DNA from: a virus
IMG/VR virus record: IMGVR_UViG_3300035698_012959
Coordinates: 3,404-67,403 of that record
DNA: 64,000 nucleotides
Strand: one strand, 5' to 3'
In this document: piece after piece, positions 28,845-38,298 of the stretch
Position numbering within the stretch: the first letter of the stretch is position 1
How the letters are laid out: every line of letters starts with the position of its first letter
Notes under the pieces: model-generated
Database searches by the model: none
The model's input: only the letters and a program-made list of their open reading frames with translations
What the model was told of the DNA's origin: nothing
Translations under genes and position numbers: made by a program

Positions 28845-29571
28845 ACAAATATTGATTGAGGTACTGAATAAAAGTAAAAAGAATGAAAAAAGTTGGGGGA
28901 CATTAGTTCCTCCTTCAACCTTAAAACCTGGTGATGAATTATTTACATATGCTGGTACCGACGCAGTAGAACTAATTAAAGCAGTTCCGTTCTCTCAATA
29001 TTCCCTAATATCACAATATGATAGTGCTCAAACTATTAATGATATTGTTAGTGGTTTTGATGATGATAATGTAGATAAAGAAAGAGATTGGTTAGTTGCT
29101 GTAAAACATGTAATGAATAGCGACAAAGCTGAGGTTAATTATGTGTTTGTTTATGGCTATAATGGAGCTTATTTATCTATTAGGAATAATATACACGAGT
29201 CATATCAGCCTATGGTGCATAAAGGTCTTATGGATAATATTGTAAAAATGGTATGTAGTGACTTGCAAATGGACCCACCTAATAGTATTACGTTCCTTAG
29301 AGATGAATCATATACAAAACAACATTCAAGTTTTGGTGGTTATCAACCATCCACAAAAGATGTAATTGTAGTAACGTATAAAAGAAATTTAGCTGACTCA
29401 ACACGTAGTTTATGCCATGAACTTTACCATCATTATCAAAATGTAAATAATAATTTACCGTCTAATGCTGGTGCTGATGGAGATGAATTCGAAAACGCAG
29501 CAAATGCTTATGCTGGATCTATTATGAGAAAAATTGGTAGAAAATACCCCGAAATATATGAATATGAATGA
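28834..29571 (+). CDS. HEXXH zinc-metallopeptidase-like protein with N-terminal leader and variable domain
   Basis: SFGGY, RSLCHELYHHYQ, ENAANAYAG; leader MKIKQILIE. Confidence 0.75.
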   Translation: MKIKQILIEVLNKSKKNEKSWGTLVPPSTLKPGDELFTYAGTDAVELIKAVPFSQYSLISQYDSAQTINDIVSGFDDDNVDKERDWLVAVKHVMNSDKAEVNYVFVYGYNGAYLSIRNNIHESYQPMVHKGLMDNIVKMVCSDLQMDPPNSITFLRDESYTKQHSSFGGYQPSTKDVIVVTYKRNLADSTRSLCHELYHHYQNVNNNLPSNAGADGDEFENAANAYAGSIMRKIGRKYPEIYEYE

Positions 29572-30043
29572 AAAAATAACACATATCTATCTAGATATGG
29601 ATGGAGTTTTGGTTGCTTTTAGCGTTGGTTATCTAAAATTAACAGGAATAGATATAACAGGAGTCTTCCGTAGTGATGATAAATTCTGGAAACCTATAGA
29701 TAAAGCTGGGTCTACTTTTTGGTCCGAATTAAAATGGACTGTTGATGGTCCTGAGTTATATGATTATCTAAAAAACACTGATATTGAATTAAATATCCTT
29801 TCCGCTCCTTCGATGAATGAATCTTCAAGGATAGGTAAAAAAGAATGGGTAAAATTAAATACCCCAGAAACAGACCTGATATTAGAACCAGCATATAGAA
29901 AGAGAAAATATGCTAATTCTACCAGTTTATTGATAGATGATAGAGAAATTAATATAAAGCAATGGGTATCATCTGGTGGGGTAGGTATCATTCATACTAA
30001 TACAATCAATACAATTAAATTACTTAAAGAACTAAATATATAA
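29534..30043 (+). CDS. HAD-family 5'(3')-deoxyribonucleotidase-like protein
   Basis: YLDMDGVL, ILSAP, GKKEW, LIDDR; true start probably an ATG near 29558-29564. Confidence 0.88.
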   Translation: MVENTPKYMNMNEKITHIYLDMDGVLVAFSVGYLKLTGIDITGVFRSDDKFWKPIDKAGSTFWSELKWTVDGPELYDYLKNTDIELNILSAPSMNESSRIGKKEWVKLNTPETDLILEPAYRKRKYANSTSLLIDDREINIKQWVSSGGVGIIHTNTINTIKLLKELNI

Positions 30044-30044
30044 T

Positions 30045-30635
30045 ATGCAGAGTGGACACTTAAAAAAAGAATTTAATGAATCTGATATTACCCGTATAAG
30101 GAATTTAGTAAAGGGTAAGTATGGAGAAAAATCTAAATCTCAAGTTGGTTTCTCAAGATCAAAAAATGAAGTAAAATACAAAAATGGTGATAGGTGGGTA
30201 GTAGGAAATACTCATTGGAAAATGGAAGGTGGTGTAGTGCAGAACATACCAAACCTTAATATAATTCGTAAACAAATCACAACTCCATTATTCTGCCCCT
30301 CATGTAGTAATTTAATGAAGGGTAAATTTGATAATAAGATGTATAAAATACATAAAAAATGTTTTGATTGTGTTATTGTATATGAAACTAGATTAAAAGC
30401 AGAAGGAACATTTGATGAATATCAGAAAAAGTTAATGATGGCTAATGCTAAGGATGTACTACATGATCTTAATGATGGACTTGATAACTTTATCGATAAT
30501 TTTTATGATGTAGAACAAATAATGACTGAAATAGGTGATATAGAAGATTGGGAAGGAAGTAGAGTTGACAAAGAAACTATAAAAAAAGATATAATTAATC
30601 ATTTGAAAGAAATCGAGAGCCAAATATTAAACTAG
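30045..30635 (+). CDS. Conserved phage hypothetical protein with Cys pairs (possible Zn ribbon)
   Basis: PLFCPSC...KCFDC. Confidence 0.7.
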   Translation: MQSGHLKKEFNESDITRIRNLVKGKYGEKSKSQVGFSRSKNEVKYKNGDRWVVGNTHWKMEGGVVQNIPNLNIIRKQITTPLFCPSCSNLMKGKFDNKMYKIHKKCFDCVIVYETRLKAEGTFDEYQKKLMMANAKDVLHDLNDGLDNFIDNFYDVEQIMTEIGDIEDWEGSRVDKETIKKDIINHLKEIESQILN

Positions 30636-30662
30636 ATTCTCATATACTGTACTGATTATTTG

Positions 30663-30687
30663 AAAGGGACCTTGTGTCCCTTTTATT
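30663..30687 (+). terminator. Rho-independent terminator
   Basis: AAAGGGAC-cttgt-GTCCCTTT followed by T-rich tract. Confidence 0.85.
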
Positions 30688-30706
30688 GTCTAAATTTTTT
30701 TGTTTG

Positions 30707-30715
30707 ATATTTATA
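30707..30715 (+). promoter_or_regulatory. Putative late promoter ATATTTATA
   Basis: Between terminator and ORF 30737. Confidence 0.6.
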
Positions 30716-30736
30716 TATGAATAAAAAAGAACTTTA

Positions 30737-31036
30737 ATGAAGAAAACTCAATTAGTAAAATTAGTAAAAGAAGGTATGTCAAATCATTTAAGTATGATTG
30801 ATGAAGCCGGAACAATTGCGGCAAATGAAGCTAAATTATCTAAAATGGCTAGTTATATTGACGAAGGTAATAAGATAGGAAAAGTTTTTGATAATAAATT
30901 ATTTGATAAATTCTTAAGTAGCCAAACTTTAAAAACGGTAAAAAAAGAATTATCAAAAGGAATATCTCAAATTCAAAAACAGTATGATAAACTTCAAACT
31001 GCCCAATTGAAATTGACTACTAGCAGTAAAAAATGA
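30737..31036 (+). CDS. Hypothetical protein with MKKTQLVKLVKE leader
   Basis: 99 aa, basic helical. Confidence 0.7.
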   Translation: MKKTQLVKLVKEGMSNHLSMIDEAGTIAANEAKLSKMASYIDEGNKIGKVFDNKLFDKFLSSQTLKTVKKELSKGISQIQKQYDKLQTAQLKLTTSSKK

Positions 31037-31638
31037 AAACCCACCTAATCTATATATTAATAATATTAGGTTTAATAGGAGGTTTAATATTTCAGAAAAA
31101 TTATTATATAAATCAGAAACCAACTATTGAAACCATAATTGATACAAATACTGAATATAGTAAAAAAATAAAACCTAAAACTACTAAACCTAAAATAATT
31201 TACCAAGAAGTAATAAAAACAATTGACAGGCCATACCCTGTATTAGTAAAAGGTAAAACAGATACTATCGAAATAATCAGAGACTTTAATACTTTAAAGG
31301 TATTTAATGATGTGATAACTTTTGATTCTTTGGGGGATATCAATATTACAGATTATGTATTTAATAATAATATAGTAAGTAGAAAAGTAGAAAATAATAT
31401 ACGAATACCTATTACAACTAATACTATTACAAATACTGTATTATATCCACCAAAAAACAATTTGTACTTAGGTATGAACACTGTATTTAATAATAGTAAT
31501 ATATTATATGTTGGACCTAATATAATGTTACAGACCAAAAAGAAAACCATATATTTTATAGGGGTAGGATTAAATCCATTGGATTTAACAAATTTCCATT
31601 ATAGTGTTGGATTTGGTATTAAAATAGGAAAAAAATAA
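31033..31638 (+). CDS. Membrane-anchored protein with C-terminal amphipathic beta strands (possible lysis/spanin-like)
   Basis: N-terminal TM helix; ends YFIGVG...YSVGFGIKIGKK. Confidence 0.55.
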   Translation: MKTHLIYILIILGLIGGLIFQKNYYINQKPTIETIIDTNTEYSKKIKPKTTKPKIIYQEVIKTIDRPYPVLVKGKTDTIEIIRDFNTLKVFNDVITFDSLGDINITDYVFNNNIVSRKVENNIRIPITTNTITNTVLYPPKNNLYLGMNTVFNNSNILYVGPNIMLQTKKKTIYFIGVGLNPLDLTNFHYSVGFGIKIGKK

Positions 31639-31640
31639 GA

Positions 31641-32252
31641 ATGAAAAGATCCCAATTAATTGATTTAATAACTACAAGTGTTAAAGCTAATAAAATTAAT
31701 GTAGATAAAAAAACAGCTAGAGATAGTCCGGTAATGGGCGATAAAACATCCGAAGATATCGTACGAATGTTTCCTTATGTTAATGATACATTAGTAGATC
31801 TTATGTCTATGGATTATAAGTTATTTATTGGAAAAATCGAATGGGTAGCACCAAAACCAACTACTTTTAGAGTCACATTAAAGAATGGAAATGATTTTTA
31901 TTTGACTTGGAATAGTGCTGAATTTATGGTTAATATAAATGGATTAGATTTTGATTTAGGTTCAGTAAGTGATGAATTAAGATGTATCAAGCAGATAAAA
32001 GATTCATTAATATATGGTCCCTTCAATAAAAATGAAGATGATGGGGTAGAAAATGACATATCTGATACAGACAAATCATCTGGCTCTGGAGGTGGTGGTT
32101 TAGACAACCCATTTGATGGAAGTGGGGGAGGTGATGATTTTGACGATAGTGATGATGATTTATTCGCTGGTGATGATATTGATGATCCTGTAGAAACAGG
32201 AGAAGATGAAATTGGTCCTGATGATGGTGAAGAAATAGACATGGAAGTTTAA
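31641..32252 (+). CDS. Hypothetical protein with acidic Gly/Asp tail
   Basis: MKRSQL leader, WVAPKPTTFRV.LKNG core, acidic C-terminus. Confidence 0.7.
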   Translation: MKRSQLIDLITTSVKANKINVDKKTARDSPVMGDKTSEDIVRMFPYVNDTLVDLMSMDYKLFIGKIEWVAPKPTTFRVTLKNGNDFYLTWNSAEFMVNINGLDFDLGSVSDELRCIKQIKDSLIYGPFNKNEDDGVENDISDTDKSSGSGGGGLDNPFDGSGGGDDFDDSDDDLFAGDDIDDPVETGEDEIGPDDGEEIDMEV

Positions 32253-32590
32253 TGAAAATATCAATAACAGAAATATTAAAAGTAGTATTATTTGAGTCTC
32301 AAATAAATGAGGAAACAAAAAATATTAATATAGAAGAAGCTATAAGACTTGTTAAAGCTAGTAATGGTGCTATATTTACTGTTCTTTTTACTAAAAAAGA
32401 CGGTAGTGATAGGTTAATGAATGCTAGATTAGGAGTTAAAAAACATCTAAGAGGGGGAGATCTACCGTATGACCCTGTAGCTAAAGGCTTATTACCAGTT
32501 TTTGATATGCAGATAAAACAATATCGAATGATATCATTATCAAAAATAAAAAATGTAAAAATTAATAACAACATATACAATGTTGTTTAA
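32252..32590 (+). CDS. SH3/Sm-like beta-barrel phage protein (WYL_2-like)
   Basis: IFTVLFTKKDGSDRLMNARLGV...VFDMQ...YRMI. Confidence 0.7.
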   Translation: MKISITEILKVVLFESQINEETKNINIEEAIRLVKASNGAIFTVLFTKKDGSDRLMNARLGVKKHLRGGDLPYDPVAKGLLPVFDMQIKQYRMISLSKIKNVKINNNIYNVV

Positions 32591-32613
32591 TAAGTTATAA
32601 TAATCAAATAAAA

Positions 32614-33588
32614 ATGAAAGATTTTAATTATTTAAACTCTGTATCACAGAGTAATGGAAGAGAACTCTCCAACATATTAAATATACCAATAGATAGGTTT
32701 AAATCCCACACAAAGTCAAGAATTATTCTTCTTTCTGACCAACCTAGAAAAATATTATGTAATAAATTAATTAGTTTGGGGTATAAGTATAATTCTAATA
32801 TGAGTGGTTCATCACTTGGTGGGTTTTACTTTAAGGAATCACAAATAATAATTAAACCAACTTCTAATGGTAAGACAGCTACATCAGGTATTGAAAATGA
32901 ATTATCTTTTATAGAATTAATAAATAATCATATAACAGATAAACCAATTACTTTAAGATTTAATAACTACATAGTAGAAAATGTGTATAAATGTGTAGAT
33001 GCTTCTAAAAACAATGCAAGAAGTTACTTTAAATCTGACGCACAATTGTTAGATATAAAAGATAATGTATTGTGTAATATTTCTCTTAAAAAACAAAACG
33101 CTATTAGGTGGGAAAGCTCTAAATCTAGAACTATAAATGGAGAAAACATATTTAAAATTTTAATAGATAGAATTCAAAATAATAAATACCTTAATCTAAT
33201 ATTAAAAGAAACCTTAGAAAAGAAAAATAAATTTAAATTTTTTGATAGTAGTGACGGGAGTAAGGTGTCTAAAGTTATTGTTAGTGGATTTCCTTCATAT
33301 TTATTGGAAGAGACCATATTCGGTAATGACAATCCCAAAACTATAGTTATTAAAGAGGATTTTGAGATGTTTGATAATTATACTTTTAGCGACAACATAC
33401 TAAACATAAAATGCTTTAAATTATATACTAAAATAGAAGATATAATAAATACTGATGATAAACCAGTAATGGCTTTATACCATCATATAAACCAGAAATA
33501 TGGTATCGAATTTAGATCATTTAGTAAAAAGTTATTTTATGATAAAAATAATAAAATATTAGAAACAGTTAGAGAAATAAAATGGTAA
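32614..33588 (+). CDS. Putative PD-(D/E)XK restriction-like endonuclease
   Basis: GIENE, KSDAQL...NISLKK pattern. Confidence 0.55.
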   Translation: MKDFNYLNSVSQSNGRELSNILNIPIDRFKSHTKSRIILLSDQPRKILCNKLISLGYKYNSNMSGSSLGGFYFKESQIIIKPTSNGKTATSGIENELSFIELINNHITDKPITLRFNNYIVENVYKCVDASKNNARSYFKSDAQLLDIKDNVLCNISLKKQNAIRWESSKSRTINGENIFKILIDRIQNNKYLNLILKETLEKKNKFKFFDSSDGSKVSKVIVSGFPSYLLEETIFGNDNPKTIVIKEDFEMFDNYTFSDNILNIKCFKLYTKIEDIINTDDKPVMALYHHINQKYGIEFRSFSKKLFYDKNNKILETVREIKW

Positions 33589-33648
33589 AATTGACATAAT
33601 ACTAAATTAATTAATGCTTATAAATTCGTATTTATATTATTCTTCGAA

Positions 33649-33665
33649 TTTCTTTATTATATTTA
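33649..33665 (+). promoter_or_regulatory. Putative promoter motif TTTC-N5-TATATTTA
   Basis: Ends 4 nt before ATG 33670. Confidence 0.45.
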
Positions 33666-33669
33666 TAGG

Positions 33670-34011
33670 ATGAGATTAGCAATAGTAGGAAGTAGAGAAT
33701 TTACCAATTATCAAAAACTAAAAGACATATTGGACCCGTTCAAAGAACAAGTATCTTTAGTAGTATCTGGGGGAGCCAGAGGTGCTGATAGATTAGCTGA
33801 AAGGTGGGCTGATGATAGCGGTATTGAGAAAATGATAATTAAAGCTGAGTGGGAAAAATATGGTGACGCCGCTGGATTTATGAGAAATGAAGATATAGTG
33901 ATAAATTGTAATAAGTGTATTGCTTTTTGGGATGGTAAATCATCTGGCACTAAAAGTACTATAGCGTTTTGTAAAAGGTACAATAAACCTCACGTAGTGA
34001 TTAGTATATGA
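33670..34011 (+). CDS. SLOG family protein (YspA/DUF2493-like)
   Basis: AIVGSR, VSGGARGAD, AGFMRN, FWDGKSSGT. Confidence 0.9.
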   Translation: MRLAIVGSREFTNYQKLKDILDPFKEQVSLVVSGGARGADRLAERWADDSGIEKMIIKAEWEKYGDAAGFMRNEDIVINCNKCIAFWDGKSSGTKSTIAFCKRYNKPHVVISI

Positions 34012-34121
34012 CAAAATTAGAAGATATAATAAATGAAATACAAATAAATCAAAAATCTATACTAGGGGATGGTGAAGAATCTGCAGTATATTCTAGCGTA
34101 CTAAAAAAAGATATAATATGA
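34008..34121 (+). pseudogene. 37-aa remnant: leader plus start of a kinase-like Gly loop
   Basis: MTKLEDIINEIQINQKSILGDGEESAVYSSVLKKDII; ATGA-coupled on both sides. Confidence 0.45.
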
Positions 34122-35461
34122 ATAAAAGAATAGTTATTGTAGGTGCTGGTGTTGCCGGAATAAATGCTGCTACCAAATTAATTGATGAAGGCTACCCTGG
34201 TAACCTAATTACAGTAATAGATAAAGGACAAGATCCATATAATAGACCTGAATCAGAATTAATGGAAGGTATGTTAGGTGCTGGAGGTTGGAGTGATGGT
34301 AAATTAACGTATCACACATCCATAGGTGGTCAATTATCAAAATATTGTGGGGATGAAAAAGCGATGGAATTGATGGATCAAGTAATATCCAATTTTAGGC
34401 GTTTCCACCCAAAACCAGAAGAAATCTTTATGTCTGATCCTAAAGCTGAACCTGATTTTATTAAACCACATTTTGGATTACGATTATTTCCTGTATGGCA
34501 TATTGGTTCAAATTACCTACATAAAATCGCCATAAACTGGTATGAATTTTTACTCGAAAATAAAGTTAATTTTGAGTGGGGGGCTGAAGTTTGGGATATT
34601 GATTTTAAGTCAAGTATAGTAAGTGCCAAAGGTGAAGAAGAGATGGAATTTTGGTATGAAAAACTAATATTTGGTGTAGGTAAATCCGGAATTGATCTAG
34701 GTAAGAAATTAACAGAATTATATAAACTTAAAACCGAACCAAAATCAGTACAGATAGGCGTTAGATTTGAAGCACCCCAAAAATACTTCCAAAAATTAAT
34801 TGATGTTAGTTATGATTTTAAATTATATCAAAAACCAACTGATAAAGTATCGTTAAGGTCTTTTTGTACTAATAATAATGCCGCTTATGTAGCTGTTGAA
34901 GAAACATACGGTGATATAAGTTATAATGGACATGCTAAAAAAGGTGAAGAATTTAGAAACGATATGACTAACTTTGGTATTTTAATGGAAATTAAAGGAA
35001 TTGATAATCCATTTGAATGGTGCAGAGAAATAGTTCAGAAATTTCAACGTAATGTAGAGGAACCAGATACCAGTGCAAAAAACACTAGCCGATATTATCA
35101 GTCTGGATTATATTATTCTCCTTCGGGTAGGAGACCTTCAAATACTTCAGAAGGAGATAAAGTTAAATGTTTCCAAACATATGATATAGATAATATTAGG
35201 AGTATCTTGGGTGGGTATTTTGAACACATTGAAGAATTCATAAATTGCTTAAAATTGGTATTCCCAAATATAAATAATGACTATGGTATGTACCTTCCCG
35301 AAGTTAAATACCTATCACCCGAACCCTTAGTTGATTATGAAAATTTATCAATAATAAACCACCCAAAAGTGCATTTTGTTGGTGATGCTTTAAGTGCTAG
35401 AGGTATTACAGTATCAGGTTCTCAAGGGATATATGTTGCCGAAAATATACTAATAAAATGA
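34118..35461 (+). CDS. FAD-dependent oxidoreductase (COG2509-like)
   Basis: IVIVGAGVAG, GAGGWSDGKL, IGVRFE, RSFC, FVGD..ARGI. Confidence 0.9.
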   Translation: MNKRIVIVGAGVAGINAATKLIDEGYPGNLITVIDKGQDPYNRPESELMEGMLGAGGWSDGKLTYHTSIGGQLSKYCGDEKAMELMDQVISNFRRFHPKPEEIFMSDPKAEPDFIKPHFGLRLFPVWHIGSNYLHKIAINWYEFLLENKVNFEWGAEVWDIDFKSSIVSAKGEEEMEFWYEKLIFGVGKSGIDLGKKLTELYKLKTEPKSVQIGVRFEAPQKYFQKLIDVSYDFKLYQKPTDKVSLRSFCTNNNAAYVAVEETYGDISYNGHAKKGEEFRNDMTNFGILMEIKGIDNPFEWCREIVQKFQRNVEEPDTSAKNTSRYYQSGLYYSPSGRRPSNTSEGDKVKCFQTYDIDNIRSILGGYFEHIEEFINCLKLVFPNINNDYGMYLPEVKYLSPEPLVDYENLSIINHPKVHFVGDALSARGITVSGSQGIYVAENILIK

Positions 35462-35970
35462 ATTACAATAAAAAACGATTACAAGAACTAGCTGGGATAG
35501 ACATACATGAAGGAAAACAAGTTGGCACGTTATATCATTTTACCAACTTTGAAGGTTTGAATGGGATATTATCTTCTAATTTATTGAAAGTGGGGGATGA
35601 TGCTAATTTTGAGACTGGAGGTAATATAGGAAATGTGTCATTAACTCGTGATAAAAATCTTTGGTATTTCTCCTTCCGTCTTGAATTAGATGGTGATAAA
35701 ATGTCCGATAAATACAAAATAACCCCATACCAGTGGAATGGGGGTGATCAAGAAGCAGAGGAGTATATTGAAAGAGATATATCTGATATAAGTTCATACT
35801 TACTAAGTATAACAGTTTGGGTTAATAACCCTGATGATACCATAAGTAAATCTATAATCAATCGTATAATTAAAATGTATCCTAATTTGGAATTCGTGTA
35901 TCAAGATTTTAGAGGAAAGGATTTCATCGAGTTTCCAAACCCCCAACCCACAAAATATAACATAAAATGA
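35458..35970 (+). CDS. Putative ADP-ribosyltransferase-fold protein with capsid-targeting-like leader
   Basis: RLQELAGIDIHE leader, then LYHFT...IL, VSLTRD, EAEE (H-S-E type pattern). Confidence 0.55.
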   Translation: MNYNKKRLQELAGIDIHEGKQVGTLYHFTNFEGLNGILSSNLLKVGDDANFETGGNIGNVSLTRDKNLWYFSFRLELDGDKMSDKYKITPYQWNGGDQEAEEYIERDISDISSYLLSITVWVNNPDDTISKSIINRIIKMYPNLEFVYQDFRGKDFIEFPNPQPTKYNIK

Positions 35971-36043
35971 AATAAAATAAACGAATTATAGCAATAACAT
36001 ATTTTAGGTATACTATGTAAACTCCAAGACTTATAAGTAAAAG

Positions 36044-36059
36044 TTTCTTTGTATATTAA
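36044..36059 (+). promoter_or_regulatory. Putative promoter motif TTTC-N4-TATATTAA
   Basis: Upstream of AAA ATPase gene; nearly the same as 44204-44219. Confidence 0.45.
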
Positions 36060-36097
36060 AATAATTAAAAAGTATTTTTACATATAAATATTAAGTT

Positions 36098-37264
36098 ATG
36101 CTATCAAACAACAATTCATCAGTAAACATTGATGAGTTAAAAATCGTTTTAAAACATCTAGTAACGAACAACCAATTCCTCCAATCCAGTGGTAAAATAC
36201 CTAAAGCTATTGAAGTAGTTGGTGAATCAGGTATTGGTAAAACCAGTGCTATGCTGCAATTAGGGAAAGAATTAAATTTACCTATAGTAAAAATTAATTT
36301 AACTCAAATTGAAGAATTAGGAGATTTAGTTGGATTCCCTGTCAAAGAATCCCAAATGGTGAAGGGAGAAGATGATGTTTGGATTGAAGAAAGTTACATA
36401 CAGCATTACTTAAATGATGGTTATGTACCTAGCAACAACAAACGAATGGCTTATGCCCCACCATCTTGGATATCTAGTGCCATGGAAGGAGGAATATTAC
36501 TACTGGATGATTGGAATAGAGCTGATATGAGATTTATTCAAGCAGTAATGGAGTTAATAGACAGACAGTCATATATAAGTTGGTCTTTACCTAAAAACTG
36601 GCATATAATATTAACTGCTAATCCTGATGACAAAGGTTACATAGTAAATAGTATTGATCAAGCACAAAAAACAAGATTTATTTCACTTAACTTAAATTTT
36701 GATATTAATTGCTGGGCTGAGTGGGCCGAAAGTGAAGGTTTAGATAGTAGATGTATTAATTTCCTATTACTTCACCCTGAATTAATGGAAGGTGAAGTTA
36801 ATAGTAGAAGTGTTTCTATGTTTTTTGATTCTATATCATCCATTAAGGTATTTTCTGATGAATTGAATTTAATATCATTAATAGGAAATGGATGTGTTGG
36901 TGAAGAGTTTTCTACTTTGTTTACTTTATTTATTAATAATAAATTAGATAAAATAATATCACCTGAAAAAATATTATCATTAGATAAAGTACATGTTAAT
37001 GGCATACTTAAATCTATTATAGGATCAGGTGATGATTATAGAGCAGATTTATCATCTACTATTGCTTTAAGAATGATAAATTACATCAAGTATAACGATG
37101 TAGATAGTATGAATGTTATAGATAGATTAGTTTATATATTAGAAGATGATATATTTACTACTGATATAAGTTTTAATATAGTTAAAACTATATTTAATAA
37201 CGATAAGAAAAAATATAATAAAATGACACTTAATCCTTCATTAGTAAAATACATATTATCATGA
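36098..37264 (+). CDS. MoxR-like AAA+ ATPase
   Basis: GESGIGKT, GDLVGFP, ILLLDDWNRA, LTANP, KTRF. Confidence 0.9.
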   Translation: MLSNNNSSVNIDELKIVLKHLVTNNQFLQSSGKIPKAIEVVGESGIGKTSAMLQLGKELNLPIVKINLTQIEELGDLVGFPVKESQMVKGEDDVWIEESYIQHYLNDGYVPSNNKRMAYAPPSWISSAMEGGILLLDDWNRADMRFIQAVMELIDRQSYISWSLPKNWHIILTANPDDKGYIVNSIDQAQKTRFISLNLNFDINCWAEWAESEGLDSRCINFLLLHPELMEGEVNSRSVSMFFDSISSIKVFSDELNLISLIGNGCVGEEFSTLFTLFINNKLDKIISPEKILSLDKVHVNGILKSIIGSGDDYRADLSSTIALRMINYIKYNDVDSMNVIDRLVYILEDDIFTTDISFNIVKTIFNNDKKKYNKMTLNPSLVKYILS

Positions 37265-38298
37265 TATACTCTTCTCGAAAATTCTTTTCACCTACTACGC
37301 AATTTGGTGGTACATCCAAATATCGTAGCTATTACTCTAAACAAGTATTTATTGGCAAAAGTGAAATAGTGGATATCATCTCCACTATAGAAAATTGGAT
37401 ATCAAAAAACGAAGCTAATAAAGATATTATAGGTAATAAAAAAATATATACTGGTAAATACTGTGATATACCTAGATATGTTATCAAAGATTTTATTGAC
37501 GCTAATCATTACCACAGAACATCTAAAATTCATCATGCTGATAATATTATCTCCTCAAAAGCACCCTTTATGACCATGCTAAGAGAATTAAAAATATACG
37601 AGAAAAATAAACCAACAGACTATATTGCCATACCTGACACGAAAGATAATCAAGAATTGTTATGTGGGTTAATAGTGAATCATGAACCATATGTATCTTC
37701 AAAACATCAACATCATATATTATTACCTGTAGTCGAATCTAAACATTTCCCAGATTTAATTCCTGATAATTATCATGTATTTTATAATACCAACTTATTG
37801 GACATGTTTGATTTTGTATTACAAGATAAACATGTTATATTTGATGATGAATTTAATAATATAATAGTAGAAGATAATGATTTTGATGATATGTCTTTTG
37901 AAAATTTTGAATTAATATCTAATGTAATTACAAGCAATGATGCAGATAATATATCATTAGCCATTAATTTAATGAATAACTATAATGTTGCTAAAGATAC
38001 ATTTTATATATCTACTATACTGAATTTATACTATAATAATTTATTTCGTTTAAAAGATAGTAGTAAAACAGTTAAACCTTTGAATTCAAATATAAAATCA
38101 ATAACAAATTATCTCGACACCCAAGGAATAAATTACAAAGATAGTTGGTGTATATTTATGGAAAATATATTCCCATTAGTTGGTGATGATTTATTAGATA
38201 ATTATAATTTAATACTAAATAAACTCGTAGAGGATGAATTAAGACGTAAAGGTTTAAAAATCAATTTAAATAATATTCAATTAAAACATAAGTTATGA
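37261..38298 (+). CDS. Hypothetical protein, possible BRCT-like domain
   Basis: KKIY...IPR..IK...RTSKIHHADNII; lies between AAA and VWA genes. Confidence 0.6.
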   Translation: MIYSSRKFFSPTTQFGGTSKYRSYYSKQVFIGKSEIVDIISTIENWISKNEANKDIIGNKKIYTGKYCDIPRYVIKDFIDANHYHRTSKIHHADNIISSKAPFMTMLRELKIYEKNKPTDYIAIPDTKDNQELLCGLIVNHEPYVSSKHQHHILLPVVESKHFPDLIPDNYHVFYNTNLLDMFDFVLQDKHVIFDDEFNNIIVEDNDFDDMSFENFELISNVITSNDADNISLAINLMNNYNVAKDTFYISTILNLYYNNLFRLKDSSKTVKPLNSNIKSITNYLDTQGINYKDSWCIFMENIFPLVGDDLLDNYNLILNKLVEDELRRKGLKINLNNIQLKHKL

